Shown here piece by piece: positions 26,378 to 27,691 of a stretch of 27,691 nucleotides of DNA. The first letter of the stretch is position 1. Every line of letters begins with the position of its first letter. The notes beneath the pieces were generated by a model. The model did no database searches. It saw nothing but the letters and a program-made list of their open reading frames with translations, and was not told the DNA's origin. Source of the DNA: an uncultured delta proteobacterium. GTDB lineage: Bacteria; Desulfobacterota; Syntrophobacteria; BM002. Made by a program: the position numbers and the translations under genes. The stretch lies in assembly GCA_963712115.1 (NCBI GenBank), contig CAVQGX010000013.1, positions 1-27,691 on the forward strand, read 5' to 3'.

Positions 26378-26695
26378 CTAAGATGAAGTTAGCTTGAGGC
26401 CCGCAATTCCTGTAATAATTAGGAAAATAAATAAAACTCTAGCTATTTCGCGAGACTCGCCAAAGAGTAAAATACCCATCAGTGCTGTGCCAACTGCTCC
26501 AATTCCAGTCCAAACGGCATATCCTGTACCTACTGGCAGGATTTTCAATGCTTGAGACAAGAAAAATACGCTTATAAACATGGCCACCAGCGTGATCCCA
26601 CTCGACAAGGGTTTAGTGAAACCTTCAGAATATTTCATAGCTATTGCCCAAACTACTTCGAATAAACCCGCAACAAAGAGATAAATCCACGCCAT
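26378..26695 (-). CDS. sugE: SMR transporter, SugE/Gdx subtype
   Basis: MAWIYLFVAGLFEVVWA, GTGYAVWTGIG, FGES; four hydrophobic segments; AAGGAG RBS. Confidence 0.9.
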   Translation of the reverse strand: MAWIYLFVAGLFEVVWAIAMKYSEGFTKPLSSGITLVAMFISVFFLSQALKILPVGTGYAVWTGIGAVGTALMGILLFGESREIARVLFIFLIITGIAGLKLTSS

Positions 26696-26892
26696 TGATT
26701 CTTTTCTCCTTTTCCCGAACACACTACTTGAGTTTAGACCTTAACTTAGTGCGAGATAGACATTAACTCTAGATGGCTAAAGACCTACGCAGCCTGTGGA
26801 TTGTTGTAGATAACCTCAGGCAACATGGTATCGGTTGGGAAGATAGTATCATCCAGTATGGTTGTTGATCAACCGTAGGGGAAAGTTCATGT

Positions 26893-27055
26893 CTCTTGCC
26901 AACATGTGAACTTGACCAGAACTAAAGATATGAGAAGGAGATGTGACTTGTCATGGTGATGAGATAAGTAAAGGTATTTCGGTCATTATCAAAGTTTGTA
27001 TTACATCCCTTAATTTACACTCAGCTTGAATTTAATTTGGCACAATATGTTGGAG
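26893..27055. repeat. Extended module-boundary repeat R7 (core 27002-27055), the copy nearest ssrA
   Basis: TACATCCCTTAATTTACACT...GAATTTAATTTGGCACAATATGTTGGAG. Confidence 0.88.
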
Positions 27056-27123
27056 GGTGTCAAGGAAGGGTGATTTAGAAGAGTGTGGCCAGATGATTTT
27101 GGATGGGTGACGGGTTATGCAGG

Positions 27124-27157
27124 GTGACCCACCAGTGACCCACCGATTGGGTCACTG
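27124..27157. repeat. Putative integrase arm-type sites next to the ssrA 3' end
   Basis: GTGACCCACC twice at 11-bp period (27124, 27135) plus inverted TGGGTCACTG (27148-27157). Confidence 0.6.
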
Positions 27158-27193
27158 TTTTACGCTTATCTTGCTGATAATATTGTATAAAGT

Positions 27194-27549
27194 TGGTGGA
27201 GGCGGCGGGAGTCGAACCCGCGTCCGGAAACCTTCCACTTAAGCTTCTACATGCTTATCCCGGGTTTTGTAATCTCACCTTCAGGGACTCCCCTCGGGAG
27301 GGATTCCCTTCAAGCCAGCCTACTTTGTTTGACCCGCTACCCATAGGCACCTGCAACGGGCGGTTCCGCTAGTCGACGCCCTTTACCAGCCCCGCGGACC
27401 AAGACTGGCAGGACGGTAGCCGTCTTAAGCGGCTACGGCGTACGCGTAGTTGTCTGCGTTTGCTTTATACCCCACCTGTTTTACGAGCAGGTAGGAACCT
27501 CGGCATGCCACTTAAGCTTCATGATCCCCGTCGAACCCGTTTCGCCCCC
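27194..27549 (-). ncRNA. ssrA: tmRNA, 356 nt
   Basis: 5' end GGGGGCGAAACGGGTTCGAC, 3' end GGGTTCGACTCCCGCCGCCTCCACCA, tag frame 27457-27425 encoding ADNYAYAVAA-stop. Confidence 0.97.
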
Positions 27550-27592
27550 ATAGCGAGATAGTAAGTTGGCGGAGATTTGAAGTGACAACACT

Positions 27593-27621
27593 ATTTTAGG
27601 TGTTCCACGCATCGTTGTCAA
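27593..27621 (-). promoter_or_regulatory. sigma70 promoter of ssrA
   Basis: TTGACA-N17-TAAAAT, about 45 nt upstream of the mature 5' end. Confidence 0.8.
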
Positions 27622-27691
27622 TAGAAGTCAAGTGAGGCGAAAGAGGTGGGAAAATCGACAATTGATTATTTCAACAGCCTGCTAGTGACTA

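Noticed and set aside
26975-27005. TGTAATACAAACTTTGATAAT (minus strand) as a Tn7-like end
   Set aside because: No repeated TnsB-type sites, no inverted partner end and no tns genes; conservation continues across the TGT.
11118-27055. Boundary repeats as a CRISPR array
   Set aside because: Intervals are hundreds to thousands of bases and contain genes, the copies are diverged, and no cas genes are present.

Overview
The window is an accessory region lying downstream of the tmRNA gene (ssrA, minus strand, 27194-27549). The tag peptide ADNYAYAVAA and the many sigma54 promoters suggest a deltaproteobacterial (Desulfobacterota-like) host. It has three parts. (1) 1-8167 is a phage-satellite-like integrative element: tyrosine integrase, a small RHH regulator, two excisionase-like HTH proteins, an AAA_25 helicase with an iteron cluster, TerS-like and GpA-type TerL genes, and two paralogous proteins resembling the terminase nuclease domain without its catalytic acids. 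No portal, capsid or tail gene is visible. An ISL3 element without a target duplication (8168-9514) cuts it off. (2) About 9.5-18.4 kb holds small signalling and envelope genes (FHA, PilZ, FHA-cNMP-PilZ, LysM, VanZ, Zn-ribbons), many behind sigma54 promoters, plus a candidate sRNA. (3) About 18.5-27 kb holds cassette-type genes (tsaA/trmO, DUF3795-like, DUF4242-like, amidase, class-V aminotransferase, SMR) with decayed attC-like sites. The main unexplained structure is a ~55-bp non-attC, non-CRISPR repeat (consensus YACATCCCTTAATYYAMAYT...GAATTTAATYTGRCACAAGATRTTG). It occurs at least 7 times in direct orientation from 11.1 to 27.0 kb and divides the cargo into modules. An IS110-family element (about 19747-21905) sits inside an extended copy of that repeat, and its 3' non-coding end contains candidate bridge-RNA guides matching both the target and the donor junction. 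All product calls come from reading motifs by eye; no searches were run.
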